From contig OX597821.1 of NCBI GenBank assembly GCA_951406725.2, forward strand, positions 114,886,001-114,950,000: DNA of 64,000 bases, read 5' to 3'. Source of the stretch: Octopus vulgaris. Its lineage: Eukaryota. Below are positions 1-12,337 of the stretch, piece by piece (within the stretch, counting starts at the first letter, position 1; each line of letters starts with the position of its first letter). A model generated the notes under the pieces. That model had not been told where the DNA came from. It ran no database searches and worked only from the letters and a program-made list of their open reading frames with translations. A program made the position numbers and the translations under genes.

Positions 1-20
1 AGATAGACTGACAGACAGAC

Positions 21-93
<73 letters not shown>

Positions 94-160
94 GAGAGAC
101 AGAGATATCTAGATAGATATAGATAGAGAGATGGACAGACGGACAGACAGACAGATGTAT
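1..160. repeat. (GATA)n/(GACA)n microsatellite
   Basis: Seen directly. Confidence 0.95.
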
Positions 161-519
161 ATATATCTTAAAGAAGCTAAGGAATTTTCTTTTTTGCCAA
201 GCAATTATCAAACAAACTCATAAGAAACACATGCTTATTTTGCAACGTAGTGAGCTGGTTTTATCAGATATAGATAGATAATCTGTAATCCTGCTTAACA
301 CCATCATCTGGCCCTTGGATACCTCTATCAAGGTCCATTTTTTAGCAAGATGCTTCTTTTCCTTCTCTGACTAAACACTAATGTAAAGTTTTTTCTAATT
401 AAAAAAAACTCCTCGTTAAGGAACTTATAAGAGCTAACCTGATATTATTTTGTAAAATCTGTAAATCATAACATTTTGAAAGAATCAGTAACAGACTTAA
501 ACATAAACCTGACAGATGT

Positions 520-895
520 GTAAGTGTGGCTGTGTGGATAAGGAGCTTGCTTTCCAGCCATGTGGTTTCAGGTTCAATCTCACTGTGCAGCATCTTCGGC
601 AAGTGTCTATTGCCCTAGGCCAGTCAAAGCCTTGTGAGTGGATTTGGTTGACAGAAACTGAAAGAAGCCCATTATATGTGTATGTATGTCTTTGTGTTTG
701 TCCCCCATTACTACTTGACAACTGGTGTTGGTTTGTTAACGTCCCCGTAACTTCACAGTCTAGCAAAAGAGATTGATAGAATACCAGGCTTACAAAAATA
801 AGAACTGGGGTCAATTTGTTTGGTCATGATTGGGCACTGCTTTGAAGAATTTAGTCACTGTCCTAAGACTGAAACTTGTACAAGATAGAAAATAA
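520..895 (+). mobile_element. Family-A tRNA-derived SINE (degenerate)
   Basis: GTGGCTGTGTGG.TAAG..GCTTGCTT..CA.CCA..TGGTT.C.GGTTCA.TC head, AAGCCTTGTGAGTGGATTTGG body, internal microsatellite and GACTGAAAC tail; more than 10 copies in the window. Confidence 0.8.
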
Positions 896-987
896 ATTAC
901 AACCAAAAACTAATGATGTCTAATTAAAAATATTAACGAGTCAATGTAGGGAAAAGGGAGTAGACAACAAAATTCAAACTCAATTAC

Positions 988-1039
988 CTTCATCTTCTTC
1001 AAAGTCATCTAAAACTTTATCCAGATCAACGATATCCAT
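988..1039 (-). CDS. ZFYVE9: First coding exon (partial CDS) of a ZFYVE9/ZFYVE16 (SARA/endofin)-like FYVE-domain endosomal protein; whole exon 988-1057 including 18 nt of 5'UTR; gene continues left of the window
   Basis: Minus strand reads ttgttatttcAG|ATCATACCAGCATCTAAG ATG GAT ATC GTT GAT CTG GAT AAA GTT TTA GAT GAC TTT GAA GAA GAT GAA G|GTaattg = MDIVDLDKVLDDFEEDE. Canonical acceptor and phase-1 donor, strong Kozak context (AAGATGG). The (D/N)LDK(V/L)LD(D/E)FE motif matches my recollection of the vertebrate ZFYVE9/ZFYVE16 N-terminus. Only 17 codons are visible, so 9 versus 16 cannot be resolved. Confidence 0.72.
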
Positions 1040-1464
1040 CTTAGATGCTGGTATGATCTGAAATAACAAAAAGGCAAAACGTTTTTACTTCAAAGCATTC
1101 AATGGTATTTTGACAAGCAGAAAAATGTCAGCATTTCTGTTTACAATGATTAGCCTCGGCTGGACTTTTTTAAGCTGACTAAAACTAGGCCTCTGTTATT
1201 ATCACAGTCAAAACAATAGAGCTATAAAACTGGTTAAAAGTTTATCAATCAATAATTAATACATCTCATTAAATCAGACTTTCAAATCAAAGACTCTAGC
1301 TGACCTCGAGTTGACAGCTGGAAATTACATTTAAAATGATCTCTTCCTTTCAACCAGAATAAATAAGAAATAATGTTGTGCTTTTCTCTAAATTTAAAAA
1401 GAAACTTAATATTTATAATAATAATTCTTTCCAATAGGTGTAGGGGTGTATTTGTGTTCAACAT

Positions 1465-1845
1465 ATAGGCACAGATGTGGCTGTGCGATAATAAGTTTGC
1501 TTTCCAACCGCATGGTTTTAGGTTCAGTCCCACTGCATGGCACTGTGAGTATCTTCTACTATATAGCTTCAGGCTGACCAAAACCCTGGGAGTGGATTTG
1601 GCAGACGGAAGCTGAAAGAAGTCTATTGTTATACGATGTGTGTGTGTTTGTCCTCCCACTACATGACAACTGGTATTGGTGTGTTCGGGTCCCTGTAACC
1701 TAGCAGTTCAGCAAAAGAGTTTGGTATAATAAATACTTGGCTTAAAAATAAGTAGTGGGGCCGATTCATTCAACTAAAAATTCTTCAAGGCAGTGCCCTA
1801 GCATGGCCACAGCCTAATGTTGGAAACAAGTAAAAGATAAAAGAT
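1465..1845 (+). mobile_element. Family-A SINE
   Basis: Same head, body and tail as the copy at 44905-45370. Confidence 0.8.
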
Positions 1846-2249
1846 AACATTGGAACAAGACCTGAAATCTGAGAGAGAAGAATAAGTCAATTACATCAAC
1901 CCTAGTACTTGATCGGTACTTTATTTCATTAGCCCTGAAAGGATAAAAGGCAGAATTGGCCATGGTGAGATTTGAACTCCAAAAGTAAAGAGCTGGAAGT
2001 AAAGACTACCAAGCAGTTTGCCCAAGAAAATAGTAATAAAAGTTTAAATATTTGCAATTAAAATTGTTTTGCTTACTTTAATAAAAGTATTTTAAATCAT
2101 GCATATATATATATATATACACATAGGCAGAGGTGTGGCTTTGTGGTAAGAAGCTTGCTTCCCAACCACATGATTGCGGGCTCAGTCCCACTCTGTGACA
2201 CCTTAGGCAAGTGTCTTCTACTACAGCCTTGGGCCGAGCAAAGCCAAAT

Positions 2250-2405
2250 AATAATAATAACATGGAAAAATACCTTAGGAATGAGAACCCAGGTTCAAAA
2301 TTTCCCCAAGACACCTGATGAAGGCTGGAGGGTATATCAGCCGAAACGTTGTGTTAACAACAAACAAGATGAGGACAAATATCCCTCAAATGTAAATAAT
2401 GTCCA
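2250..2405 (+). mobile_element. Hammerhead-bearing repeat (body and tail), here joined through (AAT)n to a truncated family-A SINE head (2125-2246)
   Basis: Shares AAAAATACCTTAGGAATGAGAACCCAGGTTCAAAATTTCCCCAAGACACCTGATGAAGG...GGACAAATATC..TCAAATGTAAATAATGT with four other copies. Confidence 0.75.
2308..2356 (+). ncRNA. Minimal (Penelope-type) hammerhead ribozyme motif, intact core
   Basis: GACAC-CTGATGA-A-GGCTG-gagggtatat-CAGCC-GAAA-CG-TT-GTGTT. Core CUGAUGA and GAAA, 5-bp stem II, stem I GACAC/GUGUU, and stem III reduced to palindromic ACGU. Activity is untested. Confidence 0.62.
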
Positions 2406-3119
2406 TTTGTGCTAGTTTTGTAAAAGATAAAATTAGTAAATGTTAGTAAATTCTTGCTACGTCAGCAATGAAAATGTTTCAATGTTTCACTGATTGTAAT
2501 GTCAGCAATGTGTGTGTGTGGGGGGGGGCAGTAACCACGAGTAATAATTAACACAGGAACTCTTAGTTCAACTGGAGACAATCTCTGCTGGTGCCAGTGA
2601 CATTGATAATATGGCACCCAGTAAATACTGTAAACTGGTTGGTGACAGGAAGGGTATCCAGCGACAAACCACCACCACCACCCACCCACCCCATGTCTTG
2701 CACCCTTCACCCACCATAAAACACAATATCTACAACAATGGCAGAGGTGGCTGTGCTTTCTCTGTTGCTGTGTAGATCAGATGACAGAGGACTGTATAGA
2801 GATGCGAGATGCTGTAAGACCTGTCCATCCCATGACTGCATGGGAAAAATCACACACAAAACAATGCTGGTGATGACAATGCTGACGATGGCACAAGTGT
2901 TAGTGTGATATGCAATATATATATATATGTTTGATAAAGTAGGAACATCAGAATCTGTATCTTGTCTGTGTAGAGAGAACAATGGAATAAATGTAATAGA
3001 ATATTAGAATAACTCATTTAAAGGATGTAAAATAATTCCCAAATTCTATGGACAGCCCACAATATGAGTAAAAGGAAGGAAGGGAGGGAGAGAGAGAGGG
3101 AAGGAAGGAAGGATGCATG

Positions 3120-3660
3120 CATATGCAGTTGTTCGAAAATGTCATCACGGTATTATCTACTGATGAGACATGACGTTGCAGCTAGAACACTCTATAATGA
3201 AATCCATCAGAAGCATAATCGCAAGGACAAAGAAATAAGAACCCATAATGTGGTAGAAGCCATAACCACTCATAATAAAAAGGAATACTGGTGGAATGTC
3301 CCAGCGAAGACCTCAATAAAATGTAAGCACAACAGACCTAATAGAATGATTTGGGATAGAGAAGAGAAACTGTGCACAGTTGTGGACATGAGCTGCCCAG
3401 CGGATCTTAACATAAAGCTGAAGATCAGTGAAAAAGAGAACACCTATGCTGAACTTTTGAGATATCTGCAGTTACTCTATCCAGTTCAAGTTTATACCTG
3501 TAATTATTGGGGCCCTGAGATATGTAACACACTACCTAAATACCAATCTTGATAAATTATGCTTCTCAACACCAGAAAGGAGAAAGCTAATTCGAAAGCT
3601 ACAGATCCAATCCATCACTGTAACTGTTAAAATCTGTAAAACTTCCCAGAAGTTTATCGT
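3120..3660 (+). mobile_element. Decayed 3' fragment of an R4/Dong-like non-LTR retrotransposon (restriction-like endonuclease domain)
   Basis: ORF 3064-3552 has C..M....Y..RHD, HNRP(D>N), VVDMSCP and KE.TY; a frameshifted continuation reads FIPVIIGAL...KLQIQS. These are RLE-domain motifs. Confidence 0.8.
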
Positions 3661-6164
3661 TTAAATATACATGAGCATGTCTAGATATGCAACTCTATGC
3701 ATGAGAATGCATACATAAAAAATACAAATCTACACATACATACATACAAACAAAAATACCCTGTTGTTGATGTTGAAATTCCAATGAAGGAACCTTGGAT
3801 CTAGGTTAGAAATTGGTTCTTTCTCTATTGGCAAGAAATCTTGAAATAAACTGAATGACATACATACATACACACACATACATACATACAGACAGACAGA
3901 CAGATTTATCACTGGAGAGAACATAGCTTCCTAACTGACCTTTATAATATAATCACAGAAACTAGAGCCTCTGCCATCTGACATAATTTCTGGCCATTGT
4001 TAATTAGTCATTTCATAGAGACTATAATTATTAATAAAAACAAATTCTTACATTAATGAAAGGAAAATTAAAGGGCAAATCCTTTGCATACTGTTCACAA
4101 GGAAAAAACAATTACATTTTAGGCAAACGCGTAAACATAGTTTTAATCTCAATTAGTAATAAATTAAAGATTTTCCTAAGTTTCCAAAATGCTCTGAATT
4201 TATTCAAAAGACTATTTTAGCCTTTTATTTATATATTTTATTTATTTATTTTTGTTTTGTAGAGATAATCTTAACAAGTAATTTAAAACCAAGAAATATC
4301 TCATAAGCAATCACAGTAAACTGTGAAATATTGATACTCAAAAATTGTGACAAGGACATTAAAAACAAACAGAATATGATAAGAGTACAAGAGTTGAAAA
4401 TGAAGTTAATTTTCAACAAAAACAAACGGGCAAAGTACTTAAGTTGTTAAGTACAGAAATGGAAGAAAATAATAATAATAATAATAATAATGACTGAAGA
4501 GACATCTGAATGAATTAGAAGGACTAATTAATAAACAAGAGTTTTCTTCCTCGACTGAAAATAGAACAAGCGGTGACCCTGCTTGTACTTATTCTCAGGT
4601 TTATTTTAGGGAATGAAACTGAAGTATATTTTAAACTACGTCAGTCATCAATCATCTTTTATTGGATTTCTTTAAAAACAAACAAACAAACAAAAATCAT
4701 GCCACTGGCAAGAAAAACTGCAGATAAATCATCATCATCATCATCAACACCCACTTTTTCATGCTTGCATGTCAGATGAAATTTGTTTTCTGTGGCTGGA
4801 TGCCCTTCCTGCCACCAACCCTTACCAGTCTCCAAGCAAGATAATATTTACTCATGGCTAGACATGTTCCATGGAAGACTGGCTTACAACCATCACATGA
4901 TGTCAAGATAAGGGTGCACATAAGCACACACACAGGCACACACATACGACAGGCTTTCCTCCAGTTTCTGTCCACCAAATGTTGACGATGGTGCAGAAGT
5001 AGTTGGTGGGAATGCTCAAAGAGTTGTAGGTGGGTAGGCGATCCACAACTTGGAGCTATACAGGAGGATGGTCAGTACAAGGGTTCTGTACAACCTGTTT
5101 TTGAACCTTACCTTGAGAATATGCTATTTCAGACTCTTTTACACAACCTGCAAAATGCACTGTTTACCTTTGCCAGCCCATTGCCAACCTCTATGTCAAT
5201 GTTACGCTTTAGCAAGATGGTCAACCCCATCACCTAAACTTGCAGACTGTCTTCACCTCTGTCCCACCAACAGTGATACAGGGTGGATGATAACCTTGCA
5301 GGGGTGCGGACTAACAGAAAACATCTGTCTTCAAGCTGACTTCTCTTCTAAAGAATTCCACAGCAAGATGTTAAATGCTGAAGAATTGGTTCTGTGTTGG
5401 CAACAAACGCTACCTCTTGAATGAGCCGATAGGAACACCACATATTTGTTCAACACTGAGCAGAAATGGTCTGACAACATCATGGAAAGACTAAGAGGTT
5501 TCTCAAAATTCCTCAGCCATATCATTCAACTACATACACAAATGAGTCCAGATACAAAAACGAACCCTTGGAACCCAAGATAATATGGTGCGAGTTAAGG
5601 CTGCATTAACATGCCAATACTCTTCACCATTTGCTTCTGATGCCCATAAGGATCATAAAAGACTCTGGTGAGGAGCAAAATCTTTACATTTGTTACTGTT
5701 CAACAGTTACAGCAGTTCAACACAAAGACACTATGCACACACACACATGCACACATACACATGTAAGTATGTATGTCACCATCATCATTTTACATCTAGA
5801 AAGAAACATTAAAAGTATAAAAGACCAAATTATCAAGACATCCAGAGCTGCCTCATCGAGGAAACTAAGAAAAAAAAAGGGGGGGGATTAAACAGCAAAA
5901 GAAAAAAGATGGTGGGGGGGAGTAACAGGTTGTACACTTCAGACCAAATGGTGTGTTCAGCCATGCCTCATGGACAAAATGGCAAAGATGTTGCCACAGA
6001 GAATGGCCAGTGACACTTGCTGCAACAGCCACCGCCCCCACCTCGCAGGACTCATTTCTTGGATGGACTGCAGTTATCCCAATTCTGCAGAGGGAATTAG
6101 CACCACAGGAGCCAAGAACACCTGAAGTCTCCTTCAATGGCAACCAACACAAACAGAGGAGTGA

Positions 6165-6221
<57 letters not shown>

Positions 6222-6489
6222 GAAAAATGCAGCACATGGGGATAATAAAGACGGAATAACCCAGAAAACACACACACACAATGAATGCAAACATTACATG
6301 TACAATTCATACGATATAATACAACATAATATATTATATATATTTATAATATTAATAATAATATATATTATGTAATATTTTTGCTTCTTCTGTACATCAG
6401 AATAGAGTCTTTGTTCTCCTTTGAAACAAGTATACTGTGTTGGCAAATTATTTATCATCTGTTTAGACTTCATTTTCTAGAATGGAATT

Positions 6490-6660
6490 CTAAGTAGATA
6501 ATAGTAAAAGATTTCTTTGGATCTGTTGCACCATTCTACTGGTTATTTCACCATTAACATAATTCTGTCACCACTTTTACATACCAGGCATTCTTGTCTC
6601 TCATTTTCAAAGGCTGTCACACTTACTTGCTGTTACACACACATATAATTTATACATGTT

Positions 6661-6702
<42 letters not shown>

Positions 6703-6749
6703 CACACAGACACACATTTACACACATGCATGCATAGACACAGGCGCAT

Positions 6750-6782
<33 letters not shown>

Positions 6783-6935
6783 AATTAATGACAAAAAAGT
6801 GTGACAATCATTCAAAAGACAGGCAAGAATGCCTGATATGTAAAAAGCAGTGACAGAACCCCATAAATGGTGAAACAGCCAGCAGAATGGGGCAACAGAT
6901 CAAAAACAATGGTTCTAATATTATCTTCCATTTTC
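6490..6935. repeat. Imperfect inverted repeat (about 130-bp arms) around a (CA)n core
   Basis: GATCTGTTGCACCATTCTACTGGTTATTTCACCATT..TTCTGTCAC..TTTTACATACCAGGCATTCTTG mirrored by CAAGAATGCCTGATATGTAAAA..GTGACAGAA..AATGGTGAAACAGCCAGCAGAATGGGGCAACAGATC. Confidence 0.8.
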
Positions 6936-7016
6936 TGGGATGAACTTTTAAGTGGATTATAAAGCTATAGCTTTAATCTCATCGGAGGCAGATCTATGGA
7001 ATACTTTTTCGATATT

Positions 7017-7395
7017 TTAACCCTTTTGATACGAACCCACCCGAAACAGACCCTCATTCTATGATACAAACTTCTTGTTTTAAAGGATCTTAATTAAAAC
7101 CTTCCATCGAAATTTCATGTTAATTCACATTCCAAACATCAGTTTAATAACTTTACTAAACTGTTCGTTATTTTCAAAATTTATTGAAATAAAGCCAGTT
7201 GTTTCAACAGAAATATGGTAACACAATGGTTAGAGTAATCTAAATTAAAACCTTCCACCAAAATCTCATATCAGTTTATGGTCCAAACACTAGCTTAATA
7301 ATGACAAATAGATTGTACCAAATTCTTCATTTTTTTAAAAATTTATTGAAATAAAGGCAGTGCATTCAACAGAAATATGGTAACAAAATGGTAGC
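7017..7395 (+). mobile_element. piggyBac-like MITE with an internal about 160-bp tandem duplication
   Basis: Starts TTAACCCTTTTGATAC. The unit AATTAAAACCTTCCA...CAACAGAAATATGGTAACA occurs at about 7090-7225 and 7243-7387. Confidence 0.55.
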
Positions 7396-8469
7396 TATTT
7401 CTCTATGGCTGAGCTTGGACACATCTGAAATATTTGTTCTAATTTGTCCTCATGTCAGCAATATGGATTTCTGCTGTCAAATTATTTATATTTCTATTCT
7501 ATAATTATCTGCTACATGTCTATAGTTGTCTACATGTCTCACCATTTCTGCCTGTTGATACAACTAATTAATACTTTAATAATTACACACCTCTAGCAAA
7601 CAGCCAACTCTCCAATTACCTTCAGCAGATAAAAAGACGCAAAAGAAAAAAAAAGACATATTTCTTGATGAAAAACAAAATATCTATTCTATTTCTGTAC
7701 ACCTAAAATGTAACGGCTTAACCGTTTTCAGAAATAATCCTTCAGCTAAAGGAATTCGGAATTTATGACGTCACCAATGTACCACATAGGGAGGCTAGCA
7801 TCATTGTAGTTTTATTTGCAGATCTTGAGATTAAAATTTTTTTTAAATATTAAAAGTAGCAATCTTTCAAATAGCTTTTCCACAATTAAAGGAAACGACA
7901 TTGGTGATAAAATAAAAGGATTAGCCAGCAGACACAGGAGATGGGAATGGATTTCTAAATTTAGCATCCGACAAGGAATCTCTGCAAGCTCCAGGAAAAA
8001 TATTACAACTAAACTAAATACAACTCATTTAAATCTTATGTTGTTTGGAAATTTAATTAGTTTTCTTTTGAAAATACACATCAATTGTGTGTTCTGAATC
8101 AGCATATTTATTTTAAAGGACAAATCTTCAATTTTTCAAACACTACAAAAAAAAAAAAGAGAAAGAAAATTTAATTAAAAGCTGACAAATGGCTTTGCTT
8201 CAACAGATCAGTTTTCTTATAGAAAACTTATAAAATTAGAGATCAATTTCTTAAAGAAAACCTAGAAGACTGCAACCATTGCAGTGTAAAGAAAGGAATA
8301 AATTGTCGACATTATTCTAAGAAGCATTGTCGCAAAACAAGAATCAACAAAATATATTTTCTCTCAATAAAAACAGAATTATTTGTACAAAATATTAACA
8401 TTAGAAATGTTTTTATTTGATGAAAAAATACAAATAGTAATTCAATAACCTTCTATTTGTATATAGGCA

Positions 8470-8805
8470 ACGGGCATGGCTGTGCGGTAAGAAGTATGCT
8501 TCCCAACTGCATGGTTCTAGGTTCAGTCTCACTGTGTGGCACCTTGGGCAAATGTCTTCTACCACAGCCTCAGGCCCACCAAAGCCTTGTGAATGGAATT
8601 GGTAGATGGAATCTGAAAGAAGCTTGTTGTGTGTGTGTCCCACAACCACTTGACAACCAGTGTTGGCATGTTTACGTCCCCACAACTTAACAGCTCAGCA
8701 AAAGGCATAAAATTTAATAGGTGCTGGGGTTAGTTTGTTTGACAAAAATTCCTCAAGGTGGTGCCCCAGCATGGCCACAGTCTAATGCCTGAAACCAGAT
8801 GAAAG
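8470..8805 (+). mobile_element. Family-A SINE
   Basis: Same diagnostic segments; CpG decayed. Confidence 0.78.
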
Positions 8806-9821
8806 GTATTGATATGATAATGCTATCCTACGTTTTCATGCAAATATCCTCAAAAAATATACCTCACATCTTTTAATTATCATTATTTTAAAGTTCACTT
8901 TTCCATGTTTGCAGGTGTCAGACACAATTTGTTGAGGCAGATTCTCTATGGCAAGATGTTCTTCCTGTTGCTAACCTTCCCTTGTTTTCAAGCAGAAGTA
9001 ATATTTTTCTATGACCAGACATGCATTTCATGGAAGACTAGAAACAAAGAACATCACTTGTATGATGGAGACACTCCTTTATGACATCACATGATATCTA
9101 CACACACACACACATTCATACGACAAGCTTCTTTCAATTTTCATCTACTAAATCCACTCACAAAGCTTTGGTTGGCCTGGAGCTATAATAGAAGACAGTT
9201 AAATAAGGCACCACATAGTGGGACAGAACCTGTAACCTCATGGTTGGGAAACAAGCTTCCTAACCATACAGCCACATTTGTGCTTTATACTAACAAAAAA
9301 ATTCTTCCTGTGGTATTTACTGCAGAAGTTGCCTTAAGACTATGTACTTGTCCCATCTTAAACAATAAGCAAAGGATGATTTAGGCAAAAATACATTGAA
9401 AAAAAAAACATTTTATGAATGAATTTAGCTGCCAAGATTTTTAATGTAAAAAGTTTTAGATATTACAAGCACCAATTCAAGACAGTCAAGAAGAACAAGA
9501 CCACTGAGAGAAAGACATATCTGTTGCTTGCCAGGTGACCACATTACCATTTACATTACAGAACACTTGCCGCTGCCGCTGCCATTCCTACTTTCTCAAA
9601 TTAGGTAACAGGATATGTAACACTCTCTATATATAAATATTATATACAATACTAATGACTAAAATAGCAAACTGCCAACTTTGATTCAAGTTTTACTGAG
9701 AAATAACACAATAAATCCTATTATTATTGAATTAACTGCTAAGATTTTCTATATAAAATGGAATTAGACACACAGTGTTTTACCATTTTTTCAAAATGTA
9801 AATGTCTATAAAAACCCTCTA

Positions 9822-9853
<32 letters not shown>

Positions 9854-10201
9854 ATTTTATTTATTTATTTTTAAAATGCTTAACTCAGTTTCATAACATT
9901 CTACAGAAGAGCAATAAAAAGAAATGTCTTGTAAAAGACACCAGTCTATTATTGCTAATATTCTTTGATGCAGACATGGCTGCATGGTAATGAAGTTTGC
10001 TTTGCAACCATGCGGTTTGGGTTCAATCCCACTCTACAGCACCTTATGCAAGTGTTTTCTGTTATAACATTGTGTTGACTAATGTCTTTGGAGTGAAATT
10101 TGTTAGATAAAAACTGAGAGGAAGCCCATTGTGTAAAGTCACCAGTGACTTCAATATATGCATCACCTCTTAGTTTTCACAATACCCCAACACACACACA
10201 C

Positions 10202-10267
<66 letters not shown>

Positions 10268-10944
10268 TACTGAACCGTTAGCACAAGAAGCAAATAATTT
10301 GCTATTCTGAAATGTCTTCTTCAATTAGTGTCTGCCAACCTCTATCACTAAATGTCACACTTATTTGCTAAATAATTGTGACCTCCTTCCTGCTTCCAAA
10401 TCAATCATTGAAATTCCTGCTCAATCAGGGTAAAACATTTCATAGGAAGGTATTAACCTGGAAGGAGATGTGCTTCTTATTTTGACCCAATTGAGACGCA
10501 TCCTTCCATATTCCTCATGCCATCAAAATACTGCCCCCCCTCCCCTCTACACACATAAACACATGATTTTGCAGCTGAAATTTCACAGGTGAAAAATACA
10601 GCTAGCAACACCTGGATGAAGTCACTTCCTCATCATGATGAGGCACTTAATCACCATCACCACAAAGAAGGATTCTGTACATAACACAGCCTCAACACTC
10701 AACCACTTTCCAAATTACAGCCAGGCCACTAGGTATTTTGCCAAGAAAGTTTCTGCTTCCTTCACAGACTCATCCTGGCTGCCACTCCTCTAACAAGATG
10801 CTTCCTGCTGATAAAACGATTTACTGCTCATTGCACACTACATGCATATAACACTCTCAAGGGCATCCAAACTTTATTCATTAAATAGAAAAGCAATACA
10901 CAGAACACCCAAACTTAAACTAGAACTAATAATCCTTTCTAATA

Positions 10945-11390
10945 TAGGCACAAGGCCTGAAACTTGGGGGGAAGGGGGCCAGTCGATTGGGTCAACTCCA
11001 GTATGCAACTGGTACTTAATTTATCAATCCCAAAAGGATAAAAGGCAAAGTCAACTTCGGTGGAATTTGAACTCAGAACACAGGAGCAGACAAAATACCA
11101 CTAAGCATTTCACCTGGTGTGCTAACGATTCTGCCAGCTTGCCACCTTAAAACTGGAACTAATAATGAGAAAACCAAGGTGGGTGAGCTGGCAGAATCAT
11201 TAACACACTGGGCAAAATGCTAAGTGACATTTTGCTTGTCTTTACATTCCGAGTTCAAAATTCTGCTAAGGCTGACCTTGCCTTTCATCCTTTCAGGGTC
11301 AATGAAATAAGTACCAGTTGAATACTGGGGTTGGTGTAATTGACTAAACCCCTCCCTTGAATGTACTGGCCTTGTGCCAAAATTTTAAAA
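10945..11390. mobile_element. Head-to-head inverted pair of family-B SINEs (minus 10945-11148, plus 11178-11390)
   Basis: Both carry GAGCTGGCAGAATC.TTA.CAC, GAGTTCAAATT and TTGCCTTT.ATCCTTT.GGG.T..AT.AA.TAAGTACCAGTT, a conserved central domain resembling the Meta-SINE domain as I recall it. Confidence 0.78.
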
Positions 11391-11462
11391 ACTGATCATA
11401 TTGCAAAACTGAACATTTAAAACGAACAACAACAAACTTCAGAATAAACATTAATGAAATGT

Positions 11463-11810
11463 ACACAGTTCTATATTTGAGAGATGAGGGATTATTTACA
11501 TTATTTACATTTGACAGATATTTGTCCTCATCTTGCCCATGGGCATATGGCATAGTGGTTAAATGCGGGGGCTACTAACTCCAAGATTCCAAGTTTGATT
11601 CCAGGCAGTGACATGAATAATAATAATAATAATGATAATAATAATAATAATAATAATAATAATATTGGGAAAAATACCTTAGGAATGAGAACCCAGGTTC
11701 AAAATTGCCCCAAGACACCTGATGAAGGCTGGAAAGTACATCAGCCAAGAGGTTGTGTTAACAACAAACAAGACGAGGACAAATATCCATCAAATGTAAA
11801 TAATGTGAAA
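11463..11810 (+). mobile_element. tRNA-headed hammerhead SINE-like element (11541-11810) preceded by an inverted copy of its own 3' tail (11463-11537); hammerhead GAAA mutated
   Basis: Head GGGCATATGGCATAGTGGTTAA (A box)...CAAGTTTGATTCC (B box), (AAT)n spacer, then the hammerhead module. Confidence 0.75.
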
Positions 11811-12337
11811 TGTATATGTTCACATACAGCCATGATAGTTGCAAACCTCATGACAAACTGCCATATTGAACAGGCATGTATCACACTTCTTTGCCAACTG
11901 ACAATATAGCTTCAATAAAAAAAAATATCGAAATATATTTTATCATACAACACACAACTAAAATAGGAAAATTCTAATTGATAACAGCTGAGATGGATTA
12001 CAATGAAAATAAATAGAAGATTAGTCATGAAAGAAACTGCAATAATAGCAGCTTGTGTCACTTAACACGCAGATAGCACATACAAATAGATATACAAACA
12101 GCCTATCCAATTAAAAGTAGATACCATAGTCAAACCATTTCCTGACTGGCAAAATAAAACTTGATATCAACAACTAAGAAGTTGTTTAGTTCTGGGTCAG
12201 TTTTGACTGAACAAACTTTAATTAAAGGCATTCCAGCCATGACCACCCTATGCCCTCAAAGGTATTGCATGCTGAGGACTACATTATGCAACGTGTCCTT
12301 TGCCTTCAAGACTGTAAGGTATAATTTAAACGTTATT

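Noticed and set aside
3064-3552. Host protein-coding gene (162 aa ORF)
   Set aside because: N-terminus is simple repeat; the remainder is a frameshifted LINE endonuclease fragment with the catalytic PD mutated.
3778-3820. Hammerhead-like hairpin after the R4 fragment (CCAATGAAG-AACCT..AGGTT-AGAAA)
   Set aside because: CUGA box absent; single copy here, insufficient support.
11541-11612. tRNA gene (also 23915-23990 and 60020-60092)
   Set aside because: A and B boxes are present but there is no complete cloverleaf or acceptor stem; these are SINE heads.
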